DNA of 63,894 nucleotides, filler included, from Octopus bimaculoides (GCF_001194135.2; 6 parts of 3 records of this genome joined end to end with filler, not necessarily neighbours in it), one strand, 5' to 3'; positions 25,180 through 37,585 are shown, numbered from the whole stretch's first letter. The notes: generated by a model not told the origin, from the letters alone. Numbers and translations: made by a program.

Positions 25180-25909
25180 TTGGTGAGAATTCTCGGCATG
25201 AAACTAATGACAATCTTGTCAACCAACAAAAAAAGTGTGTGTGTGTGTGTGCTTATATTTCTGATTGTTCAACCAACTAGCCATCCAGTCTTTTAGCCCT
25301 ATATATANNNNNNNNNNNNNNNNNNNNNNNNNNNNNNNNNNNNNNNNNNNNNNNNNNNNNNNNNNNNNNNNNNNNNNNNNNNNNNNNNNNNNNNNNNNNN
25401 NNNNNNNNNNNNNNNNNNNNNNNNNNNNNNNNNNNNNNNNNNNNNNNNNNNNNNNNNNNNNNNNNNNNNNNNNNNNNNNNNNNNTATATATATATATATA
25501 TATATATGTTTGCATATCTATCCTCTCTCTCTCTCTCTGTCTATCAATATATCTATCTATTTATCCATCTATCTGTCTATCTGTCTATCTACTTACCTAC
25601 CAATCAGCTTGTCTATTTCTCTCTGTGTCCAGTCATTTATCTTGCTAGCAAGATAACCCTCTTGCTATTTATATAAATTCTCTCTGGAATTTCTCACTCA
25701 ATTACTCTCTCTACGAAACTCATTTTCGATCTCTTATGTTTTCTATTAATCTCTTTTGTTCTCTCCTGCTCACAATTTTCCTTCATTCTTTCACAATTTA
25801 CACACTCCTCTTTATTTTCTCTCCCTCTCTCTATCTCTGTAGCTATCTTTTCTCTCCTTCACTGTCCCTTTCTCAATTTTACAAATCATTTCCTGTAACT
25901 ATCTCAAAC

Positions 25910-26110
25910 TATTAGAATATTGACATTTTCTAGCAATGCCATTTTCAGAACTTCCCATATGGAAAATCTTAGCTTGCAGTTCTTTGACATTACCTTCTCT
26001 ACATCCTATTTCACTGTTCCCACTGTACCCATAATTACTACCAAAGCTATTCTTGTGTCCACATTCCACATTCTAGATATATTTATTCAATCTCTTTTTA
26101 CTACAATGTT
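25910..26110 (-). mobile_element. Old R4/Dong-like LINE 3' fragment
   Basis: RMWNVDT...VVIMGTVGTVK...VLKMALLENVNIL. Confidence 0.55.
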
Positions 26111-26366
26111 GTCTGTTGGATAATATTGTTTGTCAGACAATCTAAATGCAAAACACCTCACAATCTAGTCCTTTATTATGAAATCAGAACAGTTTGTTCC
26201 TATCGCCTAATTTCTATGCATTTATATGTCTCAAGGAATCGCACCATTTTCGTTCTCTACAACTGTCTGTAGAGCCAGTTCATACTATTTCTATGCGTCT
26301 TTATTTCTTTAGATATTTCTTTAAATATTATTCCTAATTATCTCAGCCGTCGGTTTTTCTTTTCAG

Positions 26367-26400
26367 TGATTCTGTAATTTGTTGCAATTTGGTTTATATA
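26367..26400 (+). CDS. Candidate micro-exon (34 nt)
   Basis: Strong acceptor ggtttttcttttcAG and donor GTGAGT. Only phase 2->0 is open: DSVICCNLVYI. Confidence 0.35.
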
Positions 26401-27003
26401 GTGAGTTTTGAAATTGTCCCTCGAGAGGTTTACATTACCATGTTGTGTTTATTTTTCCTGAATATTAATTAAATCGTAAATTAAAGGCTCTATCGCTATG
26501 AGACAAGATATTACATAATACTTTTTATAACCATATTTAACATTTCTTTATAAAACAGAAAATCTGAGACTCGGTATTTATATCGAAAAGTAGTTAATTT
26601 TTAAAAATAAAATGTATATCTAAAAAGTGACTCAGTTAACAGAGGCAAACAATGTAACACAAAGCGGCATATCTTCACCTTGTAAAGGTATCTAAACGAT
26701 AAACAAGAATATTCTACGATATTTTCCTTTGGCAAATAAATCGTCATCGCAACTCTCAGTCAAATCACTGTACCACAGTGTGACAACTCTGAACCTTGAA
26801 TGAACGAGAGAGAGAGAGAGGGAGAGNNNNNNNNNNNNNNNNNNNNNNNNNNNNNNNNNNNNNNNNNNNNNNNNNNNNNNNNNNNNNNNNNNNNNNNNNN
26901 NNNNNNNNNNNNNNNNNNNNNNNNNNNNNNNNNNNNNNNNNNNNNNNNNNNNNNNNNNNNNNNNNNNNNNNNNNNNNNNNNNNNNNNNNNNNNNNNNNNN
27001 NNN

Positions 27004-27053
<50 letters not shown>

Positions 27054-27229
27054 GACTTCAGACTGTCATTTAAGTGATCGACCCCAAAGATAAGGCTGGA
27101 AATTGACATCGGCAGGATTTGAACTCGGGTAGCATTGAACCAAAATTAATACTGCAGGGCAATTCAAACACTGCTTTTAGTTTAAATACCTGTATGTATG
27201 TATGTATGTATGTATGTATAAGCAAGAGG

Positions 27230-27430
27230 CAGATGAACAGAAGTAGACACATAGGCGCATCACAGAGTGTCTGTGTGGTAAGAATCTTGCTTATCAACCA
27301 CATGGTTCCGGGTTCAGTCCCACTGCATGGCACCTTGGACAAGTGTCTTCTACAATACCCTCGGGCCGACCAAAGCCTTGTGAGTTGATTTGGTGAACGG
27401 AAACTGTAAGAAGCTTGTCGTATGTTTGTT
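27230..27430 (+). mobile_element. SINE family 3 (tRNA-like head)
   Basis: tgtggtaagaatcttgc...catggttccgggttcagtcccactg...ccttggacaagtgtcttct...gccgaccaaagccttgtgag. Reverse copies at 28250-28370 and 39600-39770. Confidence 0.75.
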
Positions 27431-28469
27431 TAAAAAAATATTAGCCCTATAGCTTTCTCACACTTTCTTCTGTTTTTGCTTTTAGCCCTATATTTTTTTT
27501 GTGTGCGTGTGTATGGGCGCGAGGTTGTTGTGTGCGCGCGTGTGTGGGTGTGTATGCAGGTATATATGTATATGTATATGTACATATATGTATAGTTTTT
27601 GGTGAGTATGTGGGTGAGCATGTGTGTGTTTCAAGCGAGGGTGGTTTAGTATATAAACATAGGCGAATGTACGGATTGGTGCGCTCACGCAAACACTATA
27701 GACTTTTCTACTCCCTTACCTTTACCCCCTCCCCTTNNNNNNNNNNNNNNNNNNNNNNNNNNNNNNNNNNNNNNNNNNNNNNNNNNNNNNNNNNNNNNNN
27801 NNNNNNNNNNNNNNNNNNNNNNNNNNNNNNNNNNNNTACGTTCTGAGTTCAAATTCCGCCGAGGACTTTGCCTTTCATCCTTTCGAGGCCGATAACTTAA
27901 GTACCAGTTACGCACTTGCTCGATGTAATCAACTAGTCCCCTCCCTCACAATTTCAGGCCTGGTGCTTAGAGTAGAAAAGATTATTGTTATTATCATCAT
28001 CATCAAGGCGGTGAGCTGGCAGAATCGCTGGCAAAATACTCAGCAGTATCTGGTTCGTTTTTGCGTTCTGAGTTCAAATTCTGCTGAGGTCTATTTTTCA
28101 TTTCATTCTTTCGGGCTCGATATAAAATAAGCATCCGCTGATCACTGGACTAAATCTAATTGACTTATCCTAACTCCCACCAAAATTGCTGAACTTGTAT
28201 GTAAATTTTAAACTGGCATTATCACATTTTTCGTCAACCAAATTCATTGACAAGTCATTAGTCGGTCTGGAGATATAGTAGAAGACTTTTGGTTGAGGTG
28301 CTGTGCAGTGGAACTGAATCCGAAACCATGTGGTTGCAAAGTAATTTTCTAAACCACACAGCCATACTTGTGCTTATATAAATTTTCTTTCCTTTTAATA
28401 ATGTGTCTGTCTCGTCTTACTGTACGTAAGCGACCAGTCATACAGTAAAGTATTTCTCGTGATTGAAGA

Positions 28470-28760
28470 CTTCGTCCTTCTTTCTGGTTTGAGATATAAA
28501 TACGGCCGTTTCTCCTTTAAGGAGATCTTGTCTAAATTTTGTTAACAGTTTTCTGGTTTTGATGTCGAATTATTTGATCTTTTGCAACTTCCAGCTGATC
28601 ACGCTGAAGCTGTAGTTTACTGATAAGATTGCATACATCTCATATTTTGACTTGAGTTCACTCAGCATCTTCTAGTCTGTCGGATTAACTCTTTCATTTT
28701 ATTATATTGTATTTGTTCGCCATCATTAATCTCTAGATATTTTATGCACCAATTCTGTTT
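28470..28760 (-). mobile_element. R4/Dong-like LINE internal fragment
   Basis: VNYSFSVISW...FDIKTRKLLT resembles the R4-clade YSFG.I.W...LDRKTRK.LT region downstream of RT. Confidence 0.6.
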
Positions 28761-29097
28761 ATAATGTGTATTATGCTTTATTGCTTTTACTCGTAACCGG
28801 GACTGTGTTTTTGCTATTTTGTAACATTGCTGTGTTTTTGGTGACGTGGTTTTTATTGTGCTATGTCAAGTGTTCGATTTTGACGTGGCCTTATTGAAGT
28901 CGTTTGTAACGTAATTGAGGTTTTATTGTTTTCTGTTGTAACGTGAATATGTTTCTTTTGTAAGATTGTTATGCTTTGATTGCATTCTGTTGTAACATTG
29001 TTGAGGTTTGGTCACATTTTATTCTAATTGTGTGTTTTTGTTATTCTTCTTGTTCTTTTGTTATTTAGTTGTTTGTTGTGTTCTACTGTAACGTGGT

Positions 29098-29483
29098 GGA
29101 GGCGCAATGGCCCAGTGGTTAGGGCAGCGGACTCGCGGTCATAGGATCGCGGTTTCGATTCCCAGACCGGGCGTCGTGAGCGTTTATTGAGCGAAAACAC
29201 CTAAAAGCTCCACGAGGCTCCGGCAGGGGATGGTGGGGAACCCTGCTGTACTCTTCCACCACAACTTTCTCTTACTCTTACTTCCTGTTTCTGTTGTGCC
29301 TGTAATTCGAAGGGTCAGCCTTGTCACACTCTGTGTCACGCCGAATATCCCCGAGAACTACGTTAAGGGTACACGTGTCTGTGGAGTGCTCAGCCACTTG
29401 CACGTTAATTTCACGAGCAGGCTGTTTCATTGATCAGATCAAATGGAACCCTCGACGTCGTAAGCGACGGAGTGCCAACAACA
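29098..29483 (+). mobile_element. Full-length tRNA-derived SINE (family 4)
   Basis: A box TGGCCCAGTGG, B box GGTTTCGATTCCC, (CAA)n tail and 13-bp TSD ACTGTAACGTGGT (29085-29097 / 29484-29496). Partial copies at 22975-23110 (-) and 31280-31421. Confidence 0.92.
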
Positions 29484-29604
29484 ACTGTAACGTGGTTTGT
29501 GCTTTTTAAAATTTTCTTTTGTTACATTGTAGTGGGTATTTTTGTGTGTTTGTTCTTCAGTTTTCTGTTTTAACGTTGTTGCAGTTGTATCGTATTCTGT
29601 CATT

Positions 29605-29771
29605 CACTAGCGTAGCTAGAGTGTGTGCCACCCGATGCAGCCCTTTCGTTTGCTGCTCCCGGACATCACAAAAAGACACATATTGCCTACAGCAGACACA
29701 AAAGTAGTGACCCTTTAAAACTGCTGCCCGGGGCGGACCGCTCCTACGTCCCTCCCCCAGCTACGCTAGTA
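29605..29771. mobile_element. Small hAT-type MITE
   Basis: TIR ACTAGCGTAGCT / AGCTACGCTAGT, with a degenerate 8-bp TSD CTGTCATT / TTGTCATA. Confidence 0.75.
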
Positions 29772-31682
29772 TTGTCATAACACCATTATTTTGTAGCAAC
29801 GTGGTTACTTTTTGTTGTCTTCTGTCGTGTTTCGTTGTGTTCTATTGTGTTCTGTTGTAACGTGGTTAAGTTTTTAATGTTTTCTAATGTCACATTGTTG
29901 TGTTCCGTTTTAAATATGGTTGCTTTTATCTCACATTATGCTGAAATATAGATGGTGCTTTCTTTATATGTGTTTTGTTCAGATTCAATTATTTAAAAAA
30001 ATTCCTTTGGTTTCATAATTCTCTGTTACATATTAATAATGCATCATCATTATTTTCCCTGGGCTGGTAAGATAATCTGATTCTGCCTGAGGGGCGGGAT
30101 TTAACTGTAACGAAGTTATCTTTTAATAATATTCAAATACTCGGCTTAAAGTACATCTCTCTGTGGCTCACAATATTTATTGTTATGATTTAATACATTA
30201 TGTTGCTCGATGACGATTGCTTTCCATGTTTAATATTTTAGAACATTTATAGCATCCAGACGTATTACATCTATCCTCGTTTATCACGATTCATTCATCA
30301 CGGATCAATGTAATTAATGTATTCTCAATTGCAAACTGTGATACACTTATCACGAATTGATCTGCGATAACACGGGTCGGCGATCAGTCAAAAATTCTGT
30401 GTGGATTGCAAAAGCGCAGCCCGGAATCATCCAAAATGCTCAAGACAACATGGAGACTCAGAATGAAACTGAATTTCACCATATGTCTTATCATTTACTT
30501 AACACTGGTTCATTTAACACGGTGGCGTTTTTTGTTTAAACTAAAACCCGTGATAAACGGCTATATATATATATATATNNNNNNNNNNNNNNNNNNNNNN
30601 NNNNNNNNNNNNNNNNNNNNNNNNNNNNNNNNNNNNNNNNNNNNNNNNNNNNNNNNNNNNNNNNNNNNNNNNNNNNNNNNNNNNNNNNNNNNNNNNNNNN
30701 NNNNNNNNNNNNNNNNNNNNNNNNNNNNNNNNNNNNNNNNNNNNNNNNNNNNNNNNNNNNNNNNNNNNNNNNNNNNNNNNNNNNNNNNNNNNNNNNNNNN
30801 NNNNNNNNNNNNNNNNNNNNNNNNNNNNNNNNNNNNNNNNNNNNNNNNNNNNNNNNNNNNNNNNNNNNNNNNNNNNNNNNNNNNNNNNNNNNNNNNNNNN
30901 NNNNNNNNNNNNNNNNNNNNNNNNNNNNNNNNNNNNNNNNNNNNNNNNNNNNNNNNNNNNNNNNNNNNNNNNNNNNNNNNNNNNNNNNNNNNNNNNNNNN
31001 NNNNNNNNNNNNNNNNNNNNNNNNNNNNNNNNNNNNNNNNNNNNNNNNNNNNNNNNNNNNNNNNNNNNNNNNNNNNNNNNNNNNNNNNNNNNNNNNNNNN
31101 NNNNNNNNNNNNNNNNNNNNNNNNNNNNNNNNNNNNNNNNNNNNNNNNNNNNNNNNNNNNNNNNNNNNNNNNNNNNNNNNNNNNNNNNNNNNNNNNNNNN
31201 NNNNNNNNNNNNNNNNNNNNNNNNNNNNNNNNNNNNNNNNNNNNNNNNNNNNNNNNNNNNNNNNNNNNNNNNNNNNNNNACGCTGAATATCCCCGAGAAC
31301 TACGTTAAGGGTACACGTGTCTGTGGAGTGCTCAGCCACTTGCACGTTAATTTCACGAGCAGGCTGTTCCGTTGATCGGATCAACTGGAACACTCAACGT
31401 CGTAACCGACGGAGTGCCAACATGTATGTATGCATGTATGCATTTATGTATGTATTAGGAAACCTAAGCTGTGGGAGAAAACTATAGAAAGTAAATGCAT
31501 TTCGTCTATGCTTTTTTCCTTCCTATCTCTCTTACATAGAAGGGATGTTTTTACATTATAGTTCTTTTCTCCTATAGCTAAGCTTTTTAATATTTCAATA
31601 TTTTTAGGTTTAATCCTCCTGATTCACGAAGTGTTGCGAATTATCTCACTTTTCATATATTATATGTATGTATGTATGTATG

Positions 31683-31713
<31 letters not shown>

Positions 31714-31825
31714 TTGTGTATCTCTCCATATACATGCATATATATACACAGAAGTGTATATACATACACATACATACATGAATATCTATATATATATATA
31801 AATATACATTTATATACACATATCA

Positions 31826-31868
<43 letters not shown>

Positions 31869-32209
31869 NNNNNNNNNNNNNNNNNNNNNNNNNNNNNNNN
31901 NNNNNNNNNNNNNNNNNNNNNNNNNNNNNNNNNNNNNNNNNNNNNNNNNNNNNNNNNNNNNNNNNNNNNNNNNNNNNNNNNNNNNNNNNNNNNNNNNNNN
32001 NNNNNNNNNNNNNNNNNNNTCAATCCTTTATTAATTTATATAGTTTTTTGTTAAATTATTTCATTCAAAATAAATGGAAGTGGAGAGACAAGTTACTGAA
32101 GAGATTGCAAGAGTGCAATGAAATAATTTAACAAAAAGCTATATAAATCAATAAAGGACTGAACCAGTGCGTCTGTTTATTACCGGCATAATGCCTCTCC
32201 CAAGGTTTA

Positions 32210-32247
<38 letters not shown>

Positions 32248-32290
32248 CACATACATGTATATATATACATGTACATCTGTATACACACAT

Positions 32291-32333
<43 letters not shown>

Positions 32334-32849
32334 TGCATACATAGTACATATATGTAAATAAATAAGTTAATGTGCATACATTCACAACCACATATATATG
32401 AATATATAGAAATACATATACCTATATGAATATATACAAACACACTTATACATAAATATACACAAAATTTTGCCTACAGCCATGATATCATAATTAATCT
32501 TCTTTTTTACCTTACAAAATATTAACTATGGTTAAATAAAAGTAGTAGCACATTGTAACGATGAAACACCTCTCTTCTTTTCTTTTTTTGTTTTTTGATC
32601 TTTCTCCAATTCTTTCGTGTATTTCAAACTGACATATTTCTTAGCGGGGGAACATCATTTTCGTTTATTTATTAATTTACTATACTAATTTCTTTCTTCC
32701 TATCACATTTGTTGTTGTTGTAATTGTTGTTGTTGTTTTAGCTATGTTTTCCCTATATTATGTCTTTCGTCTCTTGTTGACGATCGTGTCATACCTGTAT
32801 TTCGATGTGAAATATATATATATTTTTTTATATTCCATCTTCGTTTTAG

Positions 32850-32950
32850 CAAGAGATTCCTTTTGTCTATGGCGTTCACACTTTGAATCACATTATGTTG
32901 TCGTTACGCACACAATATGCACTTATATTTATTATTCGCATCACTTCTCA
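32850..32950 (+). CDS. Candidate coding exon E, possible paralogue of exon B
   Basis: Strong acceptor ttccatcttcgttttAG and donor GTAAGT. Phase 1->0 reads (x)RDSFCLWRSHFESHYVVVTHTICTYIYYSHHFS. Phase 0->2 is also open (QEIPFVYG...). Confidence 0.5.
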
Positions 32951-32983
32951 GTAAGTAATTGGAGCAACGATTGAAGTACATTC

Positions 32984-33022
<39 letters not shown>

Positions 33023-33559
33023 NNNNNNNNNNNNNNNNNNNNNNNNNNNNNNNNNNNNNNNNNNNNTTAATTAATTAANNNNNNNNNNNNNNNNNNNNNN
33101 NNNNNNNNNNNNNNNNNNNNNNAGCAGATATAAAAAGGGGAACTTGACATGACGATCAGTCGGACGCTGACACTCGTTGATGCTGCATCGAAGAGGCCAG
33201 GGAATAGAAGAAAGAAGACATGCACCCAACACCAGAGCTGAAGACACCTCCGAAAGGAGGGGCCCCGCCACGTCAAAACGGTAGAAGAGTAGGGACCGAA
33301 ACCGGACGTGGTTCCTCCTGATGATGTCTTGAGCTAACTGGATCCTATAAAGGAGCTGTTGTGGTAGCAGACCACGAAACATGGTTGAAATTCCTCTAAA
33401 TCAGCTTGCAGCGCTAACTATCCAGACTGTGGGATGGAAGTATTTTAGAGTTGTTATCTTCCCTTCAATCATAGAAACCGGACAGGGTGCACCGTGAACT
33501 GATAAGAGAGATGGTCTCTCTTATGATATTCCCGTCATCGTACAATGACTGGTAGCGCT

Positions 33560-34593
33560 AATCGGTGGCTCACTGCAAACAAATTACTAAGTGGCAGCGC
33601 TAAGCAGTGATGTGGATAAATACAAGGTTATTTCCAATTCAAATATGCTTGTGACACATTCGAACCCGTACGAAAGCCATTCACTTTGTTTTGTCACGGA
33701 GAACTGGCTTTAACCTTGTATTAATTTAATTGAACAACTGAACACTGATGGGCAGATTTATTATAAGGTGTGTGTGTGTATGTACATACATATACACACA
33801 CACATACATACATGCATACATACAGACACACACGCACACACAGATATAATGTGATCAGGTTAAATTCGACAGTTTGCATGAAAGGAAAATAAAACACAAT
33901 ATCCCATCCAAAAATAAAATTCATTTAAGAAATCAAAAAATATCAACTATATTATGACTAGGAGACAGTAGTTTATTCAAAGTATCCGCCCTCACCGTAC
34001 AGCATGACTTCAAGACAGCTCCGGAACCTGTCGCATGCGTTCCTTAATGTGTCTTTGGGAACATCATCAAACACCTGCTTGATGTTGGCCACCAGCTCAG
34101 CCATGGTGTTACAGGTGGAGCAGTTGGTGTCTTGCTCAATTGTTCTCTACACATAGTAATTCATAGGATTACAATCGGGGAATTAGGAGGCCAGAAATTG
34201 GGGCTGGTGAAGTTGTAGAGTACAATTGAGCAAGACACCAACTGCTCCACCTGTAACACCGTGGCTGAGCTGGTGGCCAACATCAAGCAGGTGTTTGTTG
34301 ATGTTCCCAGAGACACAATAAGGAACGCATGCGACAGGTTCCGGAGCTGTCTTGAAGTCATGCTGTACGGTGAGGGCGGATACTTTGAATAACTTAATGT
34401 TTCCTAGTCACTATATAGTTGATATTTTTTTTGATTTCCTAAATGAATTTTATTTTTGGATGGGATATTGTGTTTTATTTTCCTTTCATGCAAACTGTCG
34501 AATTTAACCTGAAAACCTTATACCTGTGTGTGTGTGTGTGCGTGGGTATTTGTCTGTATGTATGCATGTATGTATGTGTGTGTGTATATGTAT

Positions 34594-34657
<64 letters not shown>

Positions 34658-34863
34658 TATAATAAATCTGCCCATCAGTGTTCAGTTGGTCAATCAAATG
34701 AATACAAGGTTAAAGCCAGTTCTCCGTGACAAAACAAAGTGAATGGCTTTCGTACGGGTTCGAGTGTGTCACAAGCATATTTGAATTGGAAATAACCTTG
34801 TATTTATCCACATCACTGCTTAGCGCTGCCACTTAGTAATTTGTTTGCAGTGAGTCACCGATT
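33560..34863. repeat. 1.3-kb imperfect palindrome: arms 33560-34151 and 34214-34863
   Basis: The arms are reverse complements with scattered substitutions and different (CA)n lengths. The spacer is 62 nt. Confidence 0.97.
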
Positions 34864-35140
34864 CTGACTCTTTCCAGAGGTATGGCCTTCCAGCAGCAAC
34901 CTTTTCCATCCAGGGTCTGACCATAGTCTCCAGCAGCTTCACATAGACGTCTGAATTGAGCCTAAGGCCATGTTCAAAGTGACATGCTGTCATTCTCAGT
35001 GGAGACACACTCAAAGACAAATCACAGTTTTGGGAGAACTTGGTTTTCATGATGTCATGTCACATCTTACATTGTCCACAGAATATTGAGCAGCAGTCAT
35101 GATGTCGGCATTTTGAAACACGGCGCGAATCATCATGATA
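33847..35140 (-). mobile_element. Rearranged maT/Tc1-like transposon relic
   Basis: Minus: HFEHGLRLNSDVYVKLLETMVRPWMEKVAAGRPYLW (35000-34870), and NFTSPNFWPPNS/DCNPMNYY...IKQVFDDVPKDTLRNACDRFRSCLEVMLYGEGGYFE* (34215-33975). Confidence 0.85.
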
Positions 35141-35646
35141 CGGAAAACTAATTCCTAATATTTAGATGGCTTCCTGTCCTCCATGTCAGCTAACTTTTTC
35201 TCAACTACAACTTTAATCTTTATGCTCTCTAATGCCGTCGACTATTCAACAATACATCCAGCTGTTGATTTGTATTGCTAAAAATTCGGATTTTACTTTA
35301 GGTGGAAGTATTCTAACATGTGTACAATACTCTGGTCTTACAAGTAAACTCTGCATATCTTATATTTCTAAATCATATTTGGCTTAGTGACCCTTCATTG
35401 TGTACGCCTATCACTGAAATTTATTCCTATTCACTTCGCTTAAGGCAGGTGGATGAACTATACTCTGGCCTGGTTTAATATTTAGTATTCACAATTCGAA
35501 ATTCAAACTCCAGGGTCATCATAAAGTCAATCTAATGACGGATTTTATAGCCGAATTAGGTTTCTAATTATTCCTCTCTAATTCTTTGCACTCAAAAATT
35601 ATCGTCTCCTACTTAAGGTAATACTATCTAAACCATCATATTTCAG

Positions 35647-35784
35647 TTTGCTTCAGACTATGATAGTGGTAACACCTTGAATAAAGCTTCGCAGATCCTT
35701 AACCAGATGAATATACTGGATGCAAATGTAAACCACATCGCGAGATATCCATGCAGCAGAAGCACATGTCGGACAGAGATTTAA
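35647..35784 (+). CDS. Candidate terminal exon
   Basis: Acceptor catcatatttcAG. Phase 0: FASDYDSGNTLNKASQILNQMNILDANVNHIARYPCSRSTCRTEI*. AATAAA follows at about 35814 and 35876. In phase with exon E. Confidence 0.35.
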   Translation, partial: FASDYDSGNTLNKASQILNQMNILDANVNHIARYPCSRSTCRTEI

Positions 35785-36576
35785 ATTAAATATGCTGTAT
35801 AAATTACTGTAATAATAAAAACTGTGTAGATGCATTAGTCTTCTTATTTATTTGAATTGATTTGGATATACATTCAATAAACTGTTTATAATTCAACGAA
35901 ACGAACCCGAGATTTGCCCATCGGATGAATTACATTGCGATTGCTTACATCGAATAGTCCTTACCATTCAATGCAGTTTACCATAGCTTAGGTTAAACTA
36001 GAGTACTTGAAAAATACCCACCTGTATATATATATATATATATATATNNNNNNNNNNNNNNNNNNNNNNNNNNNNNNNNNNNNNNNNNNNNNNNNNNNNN
36101 NNNNNNNNNNNNNNNNNNNNNNNNNNNNNNNNNNNNNNNNNNNNNNNNNNNNNNNNNNNNNNNNNNNNNNNNNNNNNNNNNNNNNNNNNNNNNNNNNNNN
36201 NNNNNNNNNNNNNNNNNNNNNNNNNNNNNNNNNNNNNNNNNNNNNNNNNNNNNNNNNNNNNNNNNNNNNNNNNNNNNNNNNNNNNNNNNNNNNNNNNNNN
36301 NNNNNNNNNNNNNNNNNNNNNNNNNNNNNNNNNNNNNNNNNNNNNNNNNNNNNNNNNNNNNNNNNNNNNNNNNNNNNNNNNNNNNNNNNNNNNNNNNNNN
36401 NNNNNNNNNNNNNNNNNNNNNNNNNNNNNNNNNNNNNAGATAATAATAATCATTTTTACTAAAGGTACAAGGCTTGAAATTTTGGGGGAGACCCCAGTAC
36501 TCAACTGGTATTTAATTTATCGACCTTGAAAGGATGAAAGGCAAAGTTCATCTCGGAGGAATTTGAAATCAGAACG

Positions 36577-36610
<34 letters not shown>

Positions 36611-36611
<1 letters not shown>

Positions 36612-36941
36612 TTATTCTTTTACTGGCCACAAGGGTTAGTATAAACAAACATAAAAGAACATGCAACAACATAAAAGACAACACAATACAATACAATGGG
36701 TTTTCACGTTCGTGTACACAGTAAATAACAGACAAAAATTAAACAACAAAATCTCCCAATAGAGGAAGGCGCTTTAAAGGTTACTTAAAGGAAAGACTCA
36801 CAAAAGCCACGGGTGCCTGACCAACAGGGCAAGAGCCCTTCTTTTATTTCTTCACAGGTATATACTCAGAGCTGGTCCTTTCACACTGGCCATTCTTCAA
36901 TATTCACCAATTTTTCAACAAACTTGCTGTTGGGGCTTTCC
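36611..36941 (-). mobile_element. 3' end and UTR of a Tx1-like LINE with an (ATT)n tail
   Basis: Frameshifted FVEK/WVNI/RMASVKGPALSIYL*, then a T-rich UTR ending cccttgtggccagtaaaagaataaa-(ATT)n. Confidence 0.5.
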
Positions 36942-36977
<36 letters not shown>

Positions 36978-36980
<3 letters not shown>

Positions 36981-37533
36981 GAGGGGGAAAATGGGTCAAT
37001 TCTCTGGGACTTCCCCGTACATATCGATAAAACTATAAAGGCTAATAAACCGGATATTATCATAAAAGATCAGACAAAGAAGATGTGTTGATTAATTAAC
37101 ATGAGTATTCCTTGCGATCATAATATAGCGGCGAAAGAATTTGACAAGATCAGTAAATATAAAGACTTGCTAATAGAAATTGAAAAAATGTGGCACCTCA
37201 AGGTGGCTACCGTACCAGTGATTGTAGGATCTCTAGGAATGATAAAAAAAGGTACTGAAACCTATTTGAAAATGATACCAGGCTTACCATCCCTACAGGA
37301 AGTGCAAAAAATCGCGTTAACTGGAACGACTCATGTACTGAGAAGAGCATTATCAGTGTGGAAACAACATCCATTCATTAATTTATTTATTTATTTTTTA
37401 AATACTTATTTTACCTGTGAATTTGCATGTGTAAATTGGGAATGCATACAATGAGCTTCTCTGCCCTAGGTGTACGGAAAACACTCGTCGAGAAATAGAA
37501 GAAAATTTAGAGAAAGAAGAAAAAAAACAACAC
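36978..37533 (+). mobile_element. 5'-truncated R4/Dong-like LINE flanked by (AAT)n on both sides
   Basis: ILWDFPVHIDKTIKANKPDIIIKD...C*LINMSIPCDHNIAAKEFDKISKYKDLLIEIEKMW...VPVIVGSLG...QKIALTGTTHVLRRALS (PD-D RLE). One stop. Confidence 0.92.

Positions 37534-37585
<52 letters not shown>

Noticed and set aside
28546-28620. Plus-strand exon FSGFDVELFDLLQLPADHAEAVVY
   Set aside because: It is the antisense of an R4/Dong-like fragment.
22240-33400. Hammerhead in the repeat at 22240-22330 / 33305-33395 (CTGATGA...GAAAC)
   Set aside because: I could not form stem I or a valid stem II closure, and no NUH site has matching pairing.
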